Of a DNA stretch of 64,000 nt, positions 25,499 to 37,571 are shown in pieces. The stretch's first letter is position 1; each line of letters starts with the position of its first letter. Where the stretch lies: positions 46,128,001-46,192,000 of the forward strand of contig NC_134468.1 of the NCBI RefSeq assembly GCF_964194025.1. Reading direction: 5' to 3'. The DNA is from Convolutriloba macropyga (taxonomy: Eukaryota). Position numbers and translations under genes: made by a program. The notes beneath the pieces were generated by a model. The model made no database searches. It saw only the letters and a list, made by a program, of their open reading frames with translations, and was not told the DNA's origin.

Positions 25499-28400
25499 TT
25501 TCGGACTTTGTTCCAGATAACTCTGCGATAAATTTGCTAAAAATATCAAAGCGTTTCATTTGTTTAGATGATGTCCCTTTTACTCGAAGAAAGTGAGCTG
25601 GAGGAATTATTCTAGAGGTGTTAAGACCAACTCAAACTCATATTACGAAGTGGCGACCCAATTACAATAAATGGCCTCACCATTCGGGATTGGCCACATT
25701 TTTCTATAATTTTAGTTGCTAGGTTAACAAATGTCGGCTGTGTTTTCGTATCTGAGAAAAAAATGCTTTTAATTAGAAATAAGTAATTGTCCCTTTTGAA
25801 ACGCAGTAGCATCCGCATGCAAAAGAATATAGTTTAATGGCAATGTCGAACACCATTGTCATCATTGTCTGAAACAGTGGATTCTACAATGTTTGAGTGA
25901 TTACTCCAGTGTACTTTATGTAATCAACTGTTTGATTCTTACGCAAGTAATTCTACTATGTTTCAGCTTCTTATCGATAAGGACAATTTCTAATAGGAGT
26001 TGAAGAGCAGAAACAGTTCGAATCAGATAGAAGTTCTTTGTATATAGCCAAAGCGTCTGATTTGCTCAATTTCATTATCTTCACCATCAGGCCTCTCCAT
26101 AGGGCCTTGACAAAGATTTTCTTTCTAATTTTTTTCATTTTTTACCCATCATACTGGCAACAATTTTTAGTTTGCTCAACTTTCATGTCAAAAAGCGTAC
26201 AGATAGGTTTATTGCTGGATACCAAGGTTTAGATGTGCGACTCTAGACGGTTCTGATCAGACCATTTCCCAGCTCTTGCCGTGTTAACGGAACATCGCGC
26301 TAGCCAAAATTCTGTTATCAGACAGTAGTGCGACCCAAGATATTGTGCTAACCGACGTGATCATTGTAAGACTCCCAATAGGTGGCAACCCGGATACGGT
26401 CCTTGTTCCAGATAACTTTAAAAAAAACTTAAACAAAGACATCAAAGCACTTTATTTGTTTAGATGATGTCACTTTTACTCGAAAAAAGTGAGCTGCAGG
26501 TATTATTCTGGAGGTGTAACCACCGACTGGAACTCATTTGACGAAATGACGCCCCAATTTCAGAAAATGGCATCACCAATCGGGAACGGTCATTTTTTTC
26601 AATAATTCTAGTTGCTAGGTTATCAAATGTCGGCTTCGTTTCTGGATCCGAGAAGAAAAGTGCTTCTAGTTAGAAAAAAGTAAATGTCACTTTTGAAACG
26701 CAGAAGCAACCGCATGCAAAAAATTAAGGTTTAATGGCGATGCTGAACACAATTGTCATTCTCATCCGAAACAGTGGTTTGTGTGATTGAGTACTCCAGT
26801 GTCCCTTATGTGATAAGCTGCTTGACTTTTGCGGAAGTAATCCTGCTTTGTTTTAACTTCTCAACGATTGCGACAATTTGTACCAGTATTTGAAGAGCAG
26901 AAACAGTTCGAGTCAGATAACAGTTCTTTTGAATATAACCGAAGCGTTGGATTCCTTTAATTTCATTATATCCAGCATATCCAACAAACAGTAGTTTTCT
27001 CCAATCTCATGTCAAAAAGCGTACAGATAGGCAATTCTGGATACCCAGGTTTAGGTGCCTGAACCTAGAGCGCACTGATCAGACAATTTCACAGATTTTT
27101 TTTCCTTATCAGACCATCGTGCTAGACAAAGCCCTCTGATCAGACCGTATTGCGACCCAAGATATTGTGCGACCCAATGTGATCTATGTATGACTGCTAG
27201 GAAGTGGCAACCCAGTTTCGGTCTTTGTTCCATTTAACTCTAAAATAAATTTGTAAAGACATCAAAATACTTTTATTGCTTAGATGATGATACTGTCACG
27301 CCAAGAAAGTGAATAGTTGGAGGAATTAATCTATAGGTGTTAAGACTGATTAAAACTCATTTAACGAAATGGCGCCCCAAATTCAGAAATTGGCCTCACC
27401 ATTCAAGATTGGCCATTTTTTTCTAAACTTCCTGTTGCTAGGTCAACAACTGTCGGCTGCGTTTTTTGGATCTGAGAAAAGAGTGCTTCTAGTTAGAAAT
27501 AACTAAATGCACCTTTTGAAACGCAGTAGCATCCGCATGCATAAAAATATAGTTTAATGGCCTTGCTAAGCACCAATGTCATCATTGTCTGAAACAGTGG
27601 TTCCTAAAATGTTTGAGTGAGTACTCTAGTGTCCCTTATGTAATAGGCTTTATGATTTTTACGCAAGTAGTTCTACTATTTTTCAGCTTCCTATAAATTG
27701 CGACAACTTGTAATAAGAGTTGAAGAGCGGAAAATGTTGGAATCAGATAACAGTTCTTTTGTACATATCCAAAGCGTTCGATTCGTTCTTTTCATTATCT
27801 TTCTCATCAGCCATCTCTAGGGATATGACGAAAATTTTCCTGCTCATTTCTTTGTCTCCCACCCAACTTAACGGCTAAAATTATTAGTATTCTCAATTTT
27901 CGTGTCGAAAAATGTACAGATAGGTAATTTATTGATACCTAGGTTCAGGTGCGCCAACCTATACTGCTTTGCACGACCATATCCCAGACATTGCACTCTT
28001 ATCAGATGGTTGTGCTAGACAACGCCCTCTGATCAGAACGTAAGGCAACCCAAGATATTGTGCAATACGATGTGATCATTGTATGATTCCCAATAGGTCC
28101 TAACCCGGTTTCGGTCCATGTTCCAGATAACTCTACCTTAAATTTTGCTGACATCAAAGCCTTTTATTTGTTTCAGATGATGTCACTTTTACTTGAAAAA
28201 GTGAGCAGCAGGAATTATTCTGGACGTGTAACATACGACTCAAGCTCACTTCACCAAATGGCGCCCCAGATTCAGAAAATGGCCTCATTTTTCAAGATTG
28301 GCAATTTTTCAAATAAAACTTTAGTTACTAGGTCAACAAATTTTGGCTTCCTTTTTGGATCTGAGCTAAAAAGTGCTTCCATCTAGGAATTAAAAAATAT

Positions 28401-29143
28401 TCCTTCTGAAACGCAGTAGGAGTAGCAAATATTCCCTCCGAATGCAAAAAATATGGTTTAATGGCGATGCTAAACACCTCCTAGTACAAATTCAACTCTG
28501 AAATAGTGGTCATCATTGTCTGAAATAGTTGTTTCTGCAGTAATTGAGTACTCCAGTGTCCCTTATAAAAAAAGCTGTATGATTTCTACGCTAGTAATCC
28601 TACTATTTTTCAGCTTCTTATCAATTGCGACAATTTGAACTAGGAGTTGAAGAGCAGAAACAGTTTGAATCAGATAACAGTTCTTTTGTATATATCCAAT
28701 GCGTTCGATTCGTTCAGTCTCATTATCTTTGCCATCAGCCATCTCCTTAGGGCCTTGACGAAAATTGTCTTGCAATTTTTTTCATTTTGCATCCAATATA
28801 ACGAGAACAATTTTTAGTTATCTTAGATTTCATGTCGAAAAGCGTACAGATAGATAATTGCTGGATACCAAGGTATGGGTGCGCACCCTATACCATTTCC
28901 CAGACTTTGCCTAATTATCAGACCATCGTGCTAGCCAACGCCCTCTGGTCGAGCCGTAGAGCGACACAAGATATTGTGCTACCCGATGTGATCTTTTTCT
29001 GATTAATCAGAATTGGCAACCCGGTTTCGGTCTGTGTGCCAGAAAATTGTGTAAAAAATTTGCTAAAACAACAAAAGAACTCATTTTTAGATGATGTCAC
29101 TTTCACTCAAAAACAGTGAGCTGGATAAATTATTCCAGAGGTG
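25490..29143 (+). repeat. Tandem array of ~0.82-0.92-kb units derived from a CR1/L2-like RT fragment (4 units plus start of 5th)
   Basis: Anchor (c)aacccggtttcggtc..tgttccagataa recurs at ~25492, 26387, 27208, 28102 and 29017. The by-eye consensus gives QLY(D/G)F...ST.FQLL...LY..L......ITVLLYISKAFDS and GLDENFL. Confidence 0.75.
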
Positions 29144-32100
29144 TGTGATATATCACTCCGTAGATATGCAATTGTGTTGCCATTGCTCGTTAAAATCTGT
29201 ACCTTGGAATCGCGGCACGAATTCAATGTTAAATGTTTGTTTACAGTTCGAATTTCTGAGAATGATATATGGAATTTTGAAACAATTTCAATTACAATCA
29301 TCAACTTGGAAAGCAGCAGCATTTCCACTAATAGGTTATCTTGACTTCAAAACTAGAGGTTTTGATAGGCAACTGAATTCAACCCAAGTTATGAGAAGAG
29401 TCAGTTCAGGCAATTTAATGAAATTTGGCGACGTGAACGAGGTGAACAAACGACTTTACAGACGGAGGTAAGTTATTCTTTAGAACTAGTAGAAGTCATT
29501 AATATTTCATACTAACATATGGAGGTCAATAGTATTTATTACAATTTTTTATTAATGTATCACATACGCTCGGCTTTAAAAAACTTGAGAGCAATAATTG
29601 TTGTGAAACAAATTTATTTACACGATTTAACTGATAAATAAATAAAGATAAAACTTTTGCTGGTGATTTTAAATAAAAAATTGAAGTTTGGGGAGAACAA
29701 GATACAAAAGAGTCTTGTTAACGTTAAAGAGGAGCTTGAACAAAATTATAATATGCAATCGAGAAAGTATTCCTGGATAGTAAATTAACATGAAGATGTG
29801 GCAGATAAACAAATGAACTGGATAATGAAACATGAAATTACTGGAAAGGTGTCACGAATGAATCACTAACTTAATGTGAAACAAATGAATTATAATTACA
29901 TTTTTTGAAATTGAAATTTTTTTAAGTTGAACTTGAATTGTTCTTTAATGATGCGTTTGACTATTATAATTAATTTCCAGCATGAAATCCGCTCTTGTTG
30001 AATTCCCTCTCATAATTAGCATAATCATAATCTTGGTTGAACTTGTAAGAGGGCGTACTCGCGGGTCGGGGGACTGACCACTGGCATTTCGAAGCTAGTC
30101 TCGTAGAATGGTGGCTGCGTCGACCCCTCTTGAATGATCGTCTCGATTACTGGGTTAGTGGAACGCTGTTTCTTTGGAGCTGGGATTGAATCTGACTTAC
30201 TGACCGAACAAACGTGGTAGCTCCCAAAATCATAGCAGTCTGAGGAACGTCTACTTTTGTCGCCCTTTGAGTTAGATGGTGTTGAGGTTGCTGAGGCTGC
30301 AGATGTGTTTGGGGTGGTTGGTTTTCCTTCATTGCTCCCCCTTGTATCTAGTGGTTTAGGCATGGCCAGTTTTCTGGAAGTCACCGCCTTACATATGTTG
30401 CTATTCGCCAAAGAGACACCAAAAGTTTTGTCATTGTGTCTATGTCTAATGTTGATGTCTCCTCTGTTTTTCTTTTTGCGCTCTTTCGAATAAAAAGAAA
30501 TTTTCTCCTCTGTTGTCTTTTCGTACGGGAGTGGACGTCGTTTGGCAAACTTCCACAGAGGAGTATTATTTCTGCTTTGTTGCCAAATTTCGTCATGTTG
30601 TTGTTCCTAACCCGAACATCAAGAACACCGGGCTCTTGCATAACCGTCGCAGTTGAGGAAGTGCGGAAAACTGTACTTCTTATTGCTAGTGTGCCCCAAA
30701 GTCTTCTCAAGTCCTTCTTGGATCACTTCGTTACTTTGCTGGCAAGATCCAATTCGAGAGAGATCTCCGTCTGAGAATCAGCTTGGTTAAGTTTGGACGG
30801 AGGATGAAAGGGGGCAACAGACTCGTTCTTGTCCCTGTTTTATCGGCGGCCTGCGTCGACGTGTGCCCTGTTTGTTCATCGCTGCTTCAATTAAAATGTG
30901 GCTTCTATCTACTAATACCTATCCAATTTTGTCCAGGTAGTCCTCCACTGGGATAGTGTCGGCGTCTAAATATTGGTTCATTTTTTATTCATATGTTAGA
31001 TTTTTTGATTTTGGAATTGCACTTATATTTCAAAGTGGTGTGTTTGTCTTTCTTCCAAAGTGTGAAAGGTGTTACATTTGTTGTTTTTTGTGTTAACAGA
31101 TACGTAATTGATACACTTTTGAATTTGTAAATCTTTTACTTTTACTGTTACTTTGGACAAATTTCCACAGAAAAATATTACGTTCTGCTTTGGTGCCAAA
31201 TTTTGCGATATTGTTTGCTTTTTGTTTACAGATACGTAATTGATACACTAATGACTTAATTGTAAATCTGTTACTTTTACTCATGCAGCCTAAGCGTCTT
31301 TTAATAGTTTGTATCAAACGGCATACTAATCTAAAGGCTCGATGGTCATTTGCAGGTGCTGTTATCATATTATATTATTTTGATTGCAGAAAATTTTAAC
31401 TTTATTTCTCTTAGACATTTGGCTTGAAAATGAAAGAAGACGTACATGCGGGTCGGGGTAACTAACCACTGGCATTTCGAAGGTAGTCTCGTCGAATGTT
31501 GGCTGTGTCGACTCCTCTTGAATAATCTTCTCTATTACTGACCTAGTGGAACGTTGTTTTTTTTTGAGCTGGGATCAATTCTGACTCACTGTCCGAACAA
31601 ACGGAGCTCTCAAAGCCATAGTAATCCGGGGCACGTCTACCTTTTTTGCCCGTTGATTTAGTTGGTTTTGAGGTTAGTGAGGCTGCAGATTTGTTTGGGG
31701 TTGTTGCTTTTCCTCCACTGCTCCACCACTTAGCTATTGATTGAGGCTTGACCCGTTTTTTGAAGTCATTGCCTCTAATATGTTGATATTCGCCAAAACA
31801 CCAGAAATTTTGATAATGTGTCTATGTGTAATTTTGTTGTCTCCTCTGTATTTGGTTTTTTTTAGCTCTTTCAAATGAAAAGCTATTTTAGCCTTTGTTG
31901 TCTTTTCATAAGACACCGGATGTTTTTGGACAAATTTTCACAGAGGAGTATTACGTTCTGCTTTGGTGCAAAATTTCGAGATGTCGTTAACGTTTTGTTT
32001 ACAGATACGTAATTGATACACTATTGACTTCAGCTGTAAATCTGTTACCTTTACTAGCGAATTTCATGCAACCTAAGCCTCTTTTAATAGTTTGTGTCCA

Positions 32101-35100
32101 ATGATGTACTTATCTAAAGGCTCGATTGTCATTTGCAGGTGCTGTTATTATGTTAATATTCCTTTGTTCGCAGAAAATTTTAACTTTATTTCCTATAAGA
32201 CAGCTGGCTTGATCTAGTCGGATATTCCGTGGTACTCCATGAAATTGGATGTATTCATCTAAACATTTTACAACGTTAGGTCCATTTCCATTTGTTTTAA
32301 AAAATAATTCTGCAGTTGGAAATTCGGAAAGACGATCAATACATGCGAGAAAATGTATGTCTTGATCTTTGATCTATTTCATTGTAATGGGTCCACTAAA
32401 GTGTTTTTGTGGGTTTTTCACTTAGATGTCGGGATTATTGGCTTAAGGTTCTGTCTAATTTTTGTACAGAGATTTTAAATTTGGACGATTTTTTAAGGAT
32501 TTCATTGTGCATGTACGGCCAAAAAGCGTGTGGAATTTGTAAATTTCACTGCGTTAATGTACTGTGATTGACAGATTATTGGTGCGGAACTTACATAAGT
32601 TGCTTCAATTGCATCACGAAAGGGGGTAATTGTTGCAACCGCAAAATCATCATCATAATTGTTTGGAACTGTTGCCTTTTGATTTGGTAGGCAAAAAATG
32701 TGATCTACGAGCCACATTTTAGCACCTGGTATAAGTTCAATGTTAAATCGAAAGGTAATAATCGACCTACCCAATGTTGAGGCGACTTTTTTAAAAAATA
32801 ATAAGATCTTTTTTCAATCACGATGGATAGTTATGCTCTGTGATGAGTAACAACAGAAAACGATTTTCCGAATAGATAATATTTCAACTATTTGACAGAC
32901 CAAACCGCTCCAATTAAGTGCTTTTCGTTGACACTATACCCTTCCTTATTGATGCTGAGGAATTGTGATGCAAATCTTGTTGTATGCCAACCTGTTGGTG
33001 ATTGTTGTTCTAATGCAGTGCCTAAATTTGCATTTATGAGAAGGGTCGCATTTATGCGGGTTTCAATGTATGGATTATAGTGTGTACTCTCACTGGCGTT
33101 TGCTAATTGATGTTAATGTGTTGGAAGTTTGTTTCGAATTAATATTCCTAAAACAATTTGCGTTCGTTTTAAGAAGTGAACGAAGTGAATGAAATTATTG
33201 TGAGATTTAGGTTATGAATTTTCCTAAATAGTGTACTGATCCTCAGAAGAAACGTAGTTGTTTTATGTTTTTCGGTGCTGGAGGATTTAGGATTGCTGAT
33301 GTTTTTGACTCTAAAGGAGAAATACCAGATTGACTAAATTTATAACCTAACCACTCTATTTCGGTTTTGTTGACCTGACACTTAGGTAGGTTAATTCTGA
33401 TATTGTCTTTATCAGTTTTTTTAAACACGAATAGACATTTTTAAATCTTTTGTCCTCTTTAGATCTTCGATTGAAGATAATAAAATCATCAGGAAAACGG
33501 TATTTGTGTTTTTAAGTCCTAACAAAGTACAATTCTTTGCTTTTTTAAATGCAGCTGGCATGTCAATAAGACCATAGAATCCAGCAATGAAACGATATGG
33601 GCCTGTACATTCGCCACTTATAACATTGAAACCTAAATCGCCTGATGTTTCGAGGTCTAAATTTAATTGACTGTTAGCGTACTTCATTTCCAGTGATGAA
33701 AAACATGCTGTTTCATTTGATTTCTTTGTATTGATATTCTGTTGGATTGATTTTTATTAAATTATTAATATTAGGCATCTGATATTTATTTTTATGAAAT
33801 GACTGGCGCAAGATTTTTGAATCTAATGCTAGTTTAACGGTTTTTTTTTAACTGTTATGACGATTGGAGAATTAAAGTTTTATCAGAGCAACTATTGAGT
33901 TTTATGATGTGTTTTTCATCTATTATTTTTTAAGTTCTGCATTTACTAAGGTTTGGAGATTAATTGGTTTTCGTCTGCATTTCTGATGAGTTGGAGTGAA
34001 ATTTTTATAAAATATAGCGTTTCTTTGTGAGGTTTACCAATTCTGTAGATGAGACCTGGAAAATCGAGAGCTATTTCTTGTTTGCTTGGACATTGGCTTT
34101 GATTAATAATTAAAACCTTTATTGACTTTGTCACGGTAAAACCTACAAGTAGAAATAGATCACATTTGATTATTGGTCGATGTCCATATTCGACAACGGT
34201 AACTTTGACGTCCTTAGCCAACCAGTCATTGCATTTTTGCATTCCACTTTGGTAATGATAACACCAAGTATCTTGGTTAAATAATTTGAAAATGTTGTTA
34301 AATATTGTATTTCTGACGGTTTTGCCCAATAGCTATCTGTGTTGCCCAAAACTACCGCATTTGCAACGCTTTTGTGGATGATTATGCAAACGCTACCGGA
34401 ATCCACTAGGGCTTCAGTTTCTATGTTTCCGAAATGCACTTGCATATTGACTGGTTCTACTTTTCTCAAAATTGTTTACATTTTTATGGGCTGCTCCGCA
34501 GTTTTCGTCTAGATAGTCATAGTCAGAGTCGTAGTTAGTAACATAGATGATACGGTGTAGCACAGAATATATTCGGTTAACTTGTTTTTCAACTGTTGCA
34601 GATGTTTCAACGGTAGAGTTTTCTGATGATACATCTTCTACTTTATTGAATTAGGTTTTGTTTTTATAGGCTTCTTTGATATGCGACAAACGATCGCAAA
34701 ATGTTTTGCGAAGCCACAATTTTCTGCAAATTTTTCCTCGTGCTGGGCAGTTTAGGTGGTGGCTTGTTGACAAAGGGCTTGATTTTTCCACGATTTCTGA
34801 ATACTGTTAATTGAGGGGTTTTCCATTTGATTAGATACTGTATAAGCAGGGGTCCCCGGAAGTTTAAGATGGTTTTGTATGCCATTTCTTCATTTATTGC
34901 TAGTTCTAACGCCTTCTTGGGGTTTCGTATTTGTTTAAGGAGTTCCCGCTGGATTTCTCCATTGTGCATTTTAGCAATAAATACATCTCGGAGAATCGAT
35001 TTCTCGTGGCTGCCGGGTTCACAATTTAGAGTTGGTTCGCGTGGACATCCATAGAAGTTTCCCATTGGTTCTCCTTTTAATTGTTTTCTTGATAAAAAAG

Positions 35101-35971
35101 TAAAGATCAGAAGTTATATTTTTTGTTCAGTAAAATCACTATCAAGAATGTCCCTCAAACTTTTTGTTGAAACTTGGTCAATCAGTACAGTTGGTTCTCT
35201 TGAGCCAAAAAAACGTTGGCCTTGCGTGCCTAAACTGAGATAGGTAAGAGGGACTGCTTTGCTATCACAGAATTTCCACGGCCTGCCACCACCTAGAATT
35301 CCCGCAGCTTCGATCTTTTGGCATTTGTTGAGCCCAGCATTTTTTAATTGTTTGTTTTGGACTCGGCGATCACGTTTACTTTGGACAGTGCTATTGTGGA
35401 AGTCTTCCTCGTAGTTCAGTTCAGGTGGAAGTGAAACTTTATTGGGGGTTACTTCTCGTAAGATATCGATTGATATTCCTTCTTTTGCCAGTATTGCTAA
35501 CCTTAGGACGGTTCTCCATCTTTCCATTTTCAATGCGGCTTCCCAGTTTGGTCGTGTCAGAATGGTTCTATCACGAGTAGAGTGCGTTTTCTGGTTTTTA
35601 AGTGCTCACTGCGACATGTGATATCTCACTCCGAAGTTATGCAATTGTGTTGCTATTGCTTGCTTAAAAAAGTAACTTTGATTCTCGGCACGAATCCACT
35701 GTTAAATGTTTATCTAGAGTTAGAAGCGCTCATAATGATATATGGAATTCTGACACAATTCCAATTGCAATCGTTAGCTTGGAGAGCGTTTGCGTTTCCA
35801 TTAAGAGATTATCTTGACTTCAAAAATAAAGAATGCGATAAGCAACTAAACTCAGCGAAAGTTCTGAGAAGATTGAGTTTAGGCAAAATTAATGAAATTT
35901 GGTGGTGTGAACGAGTTGAATAAATCACCTTACAGAATCCTATTGTTCATTGTTTTTATCGATGTATCACA
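29144..35971 (-). mobile_element. Full-length but decayed Ty3/gypsy LTR retrotransposon with 5-bp TSD AGGTG
   Basis: LTRs 29144-29564 and 35617-35971 (TGTGATA...TATCACA). AGGTG at 29139-29143 and 35972-35976. PBS-like TGTCGCAGT next to the right LTR. Minus-strand order: gag (35114-35533, 34664-35065), protease ALVDSGS, RT (GLIDMPAAF, IEWLGY), RNase H, integrase (GVPRNIRLDQA). Confidence 0.92.
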
Positions 35972-36565
35972 AGGTGTTAAGACGGACTCAAACTCATTTG
36001 ATGAAATGGCGCCCCAAATTCAGGGCACCCAGATCAGGTTTGTCCTTTTTTTCTATAATTTTATTTGCTAGTTTAATAAATGTCATCTGCGTTTTTGGAT
36101 CTGCGAACAAAGTGCTTTCGGCTAGATATAAATAAGTGTCCTTTTTCAAAAACACAGTAGCATCCGCATGCAAAAGAATTGCAATGCTGAACACCATCGT
36201 CATCCTTGTCTGAATCAGTGCTTTCCACAATGTTTGAGTGAGTACTCCAGTGTCCCTTATGTAATCAGCTCTATGATTTTAACGCAAAAAATAGTACTCT
36301 GTTTTAGCTTCTTAAGGATTGCAACAAATTGTACTAGGAGTTGAAGAGCAGAAACAGTTCGAATCATATAGCAGTTGTTTTGTATATAACCAAAGCGTTT
36401 GATGTGTTCAACTTTATTATCTTCACCATCAGCCCTCTCCTTAGGGCCTCGACGAAAGTTTTCTTGCTTTTTTAATTTTCACTCAACATATTGGCAACAA
36501 TTAGTAGTTTTCTCAAATTTCCTGTCAATAGCGTCCAGATAGATAATCGCTTGATAGCAAGGTTC
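35972..36565 (+). repeat. Remainder of the 5th RT-derived tandem unit
   Basis: Resumes at aggtgttaagac..actcaaactcatttg, exactly where unit 5 was cut at 29143. Confidence 0.85.
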
Positions 36566-37054
36566 ATTTTTCGCTGCTTGTTTGTTCTCGGTCTAAGTAA
36601 AAATTTCACCAGAAATCTATTATACCATCAATTGATTTCAGTTTTAACTTTACAAAAACAAATCTTAATTAATGTGGATCGAGCAACTAAGGTGATCGAG
36701 AGGATGCAAATTGAGCGAGGAAATATCATATTTCCAAAACTAACTCCTTTAGAAATTTTTTTCGTCTTTTTTTCGGAAAATTTGTTTGAAAAACTTCGAA
36801 GAATTGTATAGAGAAACTGACTCGTATTCAACGGATTTGCTTTTCAACACAAAAATGAAGGTTAAGATTGTGCAACTTAAAAATAATGTACCCTCAACGT
36901 TTTAAATTTGATCCTATGTTTGGTATCCCAACATAAGATGCTTGAGATGATGTTCAAAGATTCACAAGGCAAAGCTTAATCATTCAATAAAAGAATCAAC
37001 TACCCCACTGAGGGGATTACCAAGTTGGTAGAAACCACACTCGTTTGAAGTCAT

Positions 37055-37063
37055 CTATAATTA

Positions 37064-37101
<38 letters not shown>

Positions 37102-37571
37102 TTAATTATTTTTATTATTATTATATTTATTTTTTAATTTTTTATTCTCATTATTATTATTATTAATACTATATTTTTTAATTAAAAATGTTATTATTAT
37201 TTTTTTATTTCAATCATTATTAATANNNNNNNNNNNNNNNNNNNNNNNNNNNNNNNNNNNNNNNNNNNNNNNNNNNNNNNNNNNNNNNNNNNNNNNNNNN
37301 NNNNNNNNNNNNNNNNNNNNNNNNNNNNNNNNNNNNNNNNNNNNNNNNNNNNNNNNNNNNNNNNNNNNNNNNNNNNNNNNNNNNNNNNNNNNNNNNNNNN
37401 NNNNNNNNNNNNNNNNNNNNNNNNNNNNNNNNNNNNNNNNNNNNNNNNNNNNNNNNNNNNTTTTTTTATTAACGTTATTAAGATCATTGGTATTACTGTT
37501 GTTGTTTTTGTTAATATTACTATTACTATTATTATTAAAATTATTTTTTTTATTTTGAATACTATTATTTT
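37055..37571. repeat. (ATT)n-like low-complexity tract with gap
   Basis: tattattattatt... flanking N-gap 37226-37460. Confidence 0.9.

Noticed and set aside
25621-28775. Minus-strand ORFs in the tandem array as a tandem gene family or viral relic
   Set aside because: Stops are frequent in all copies, and the recognisable RT motifs are on the plus strand.
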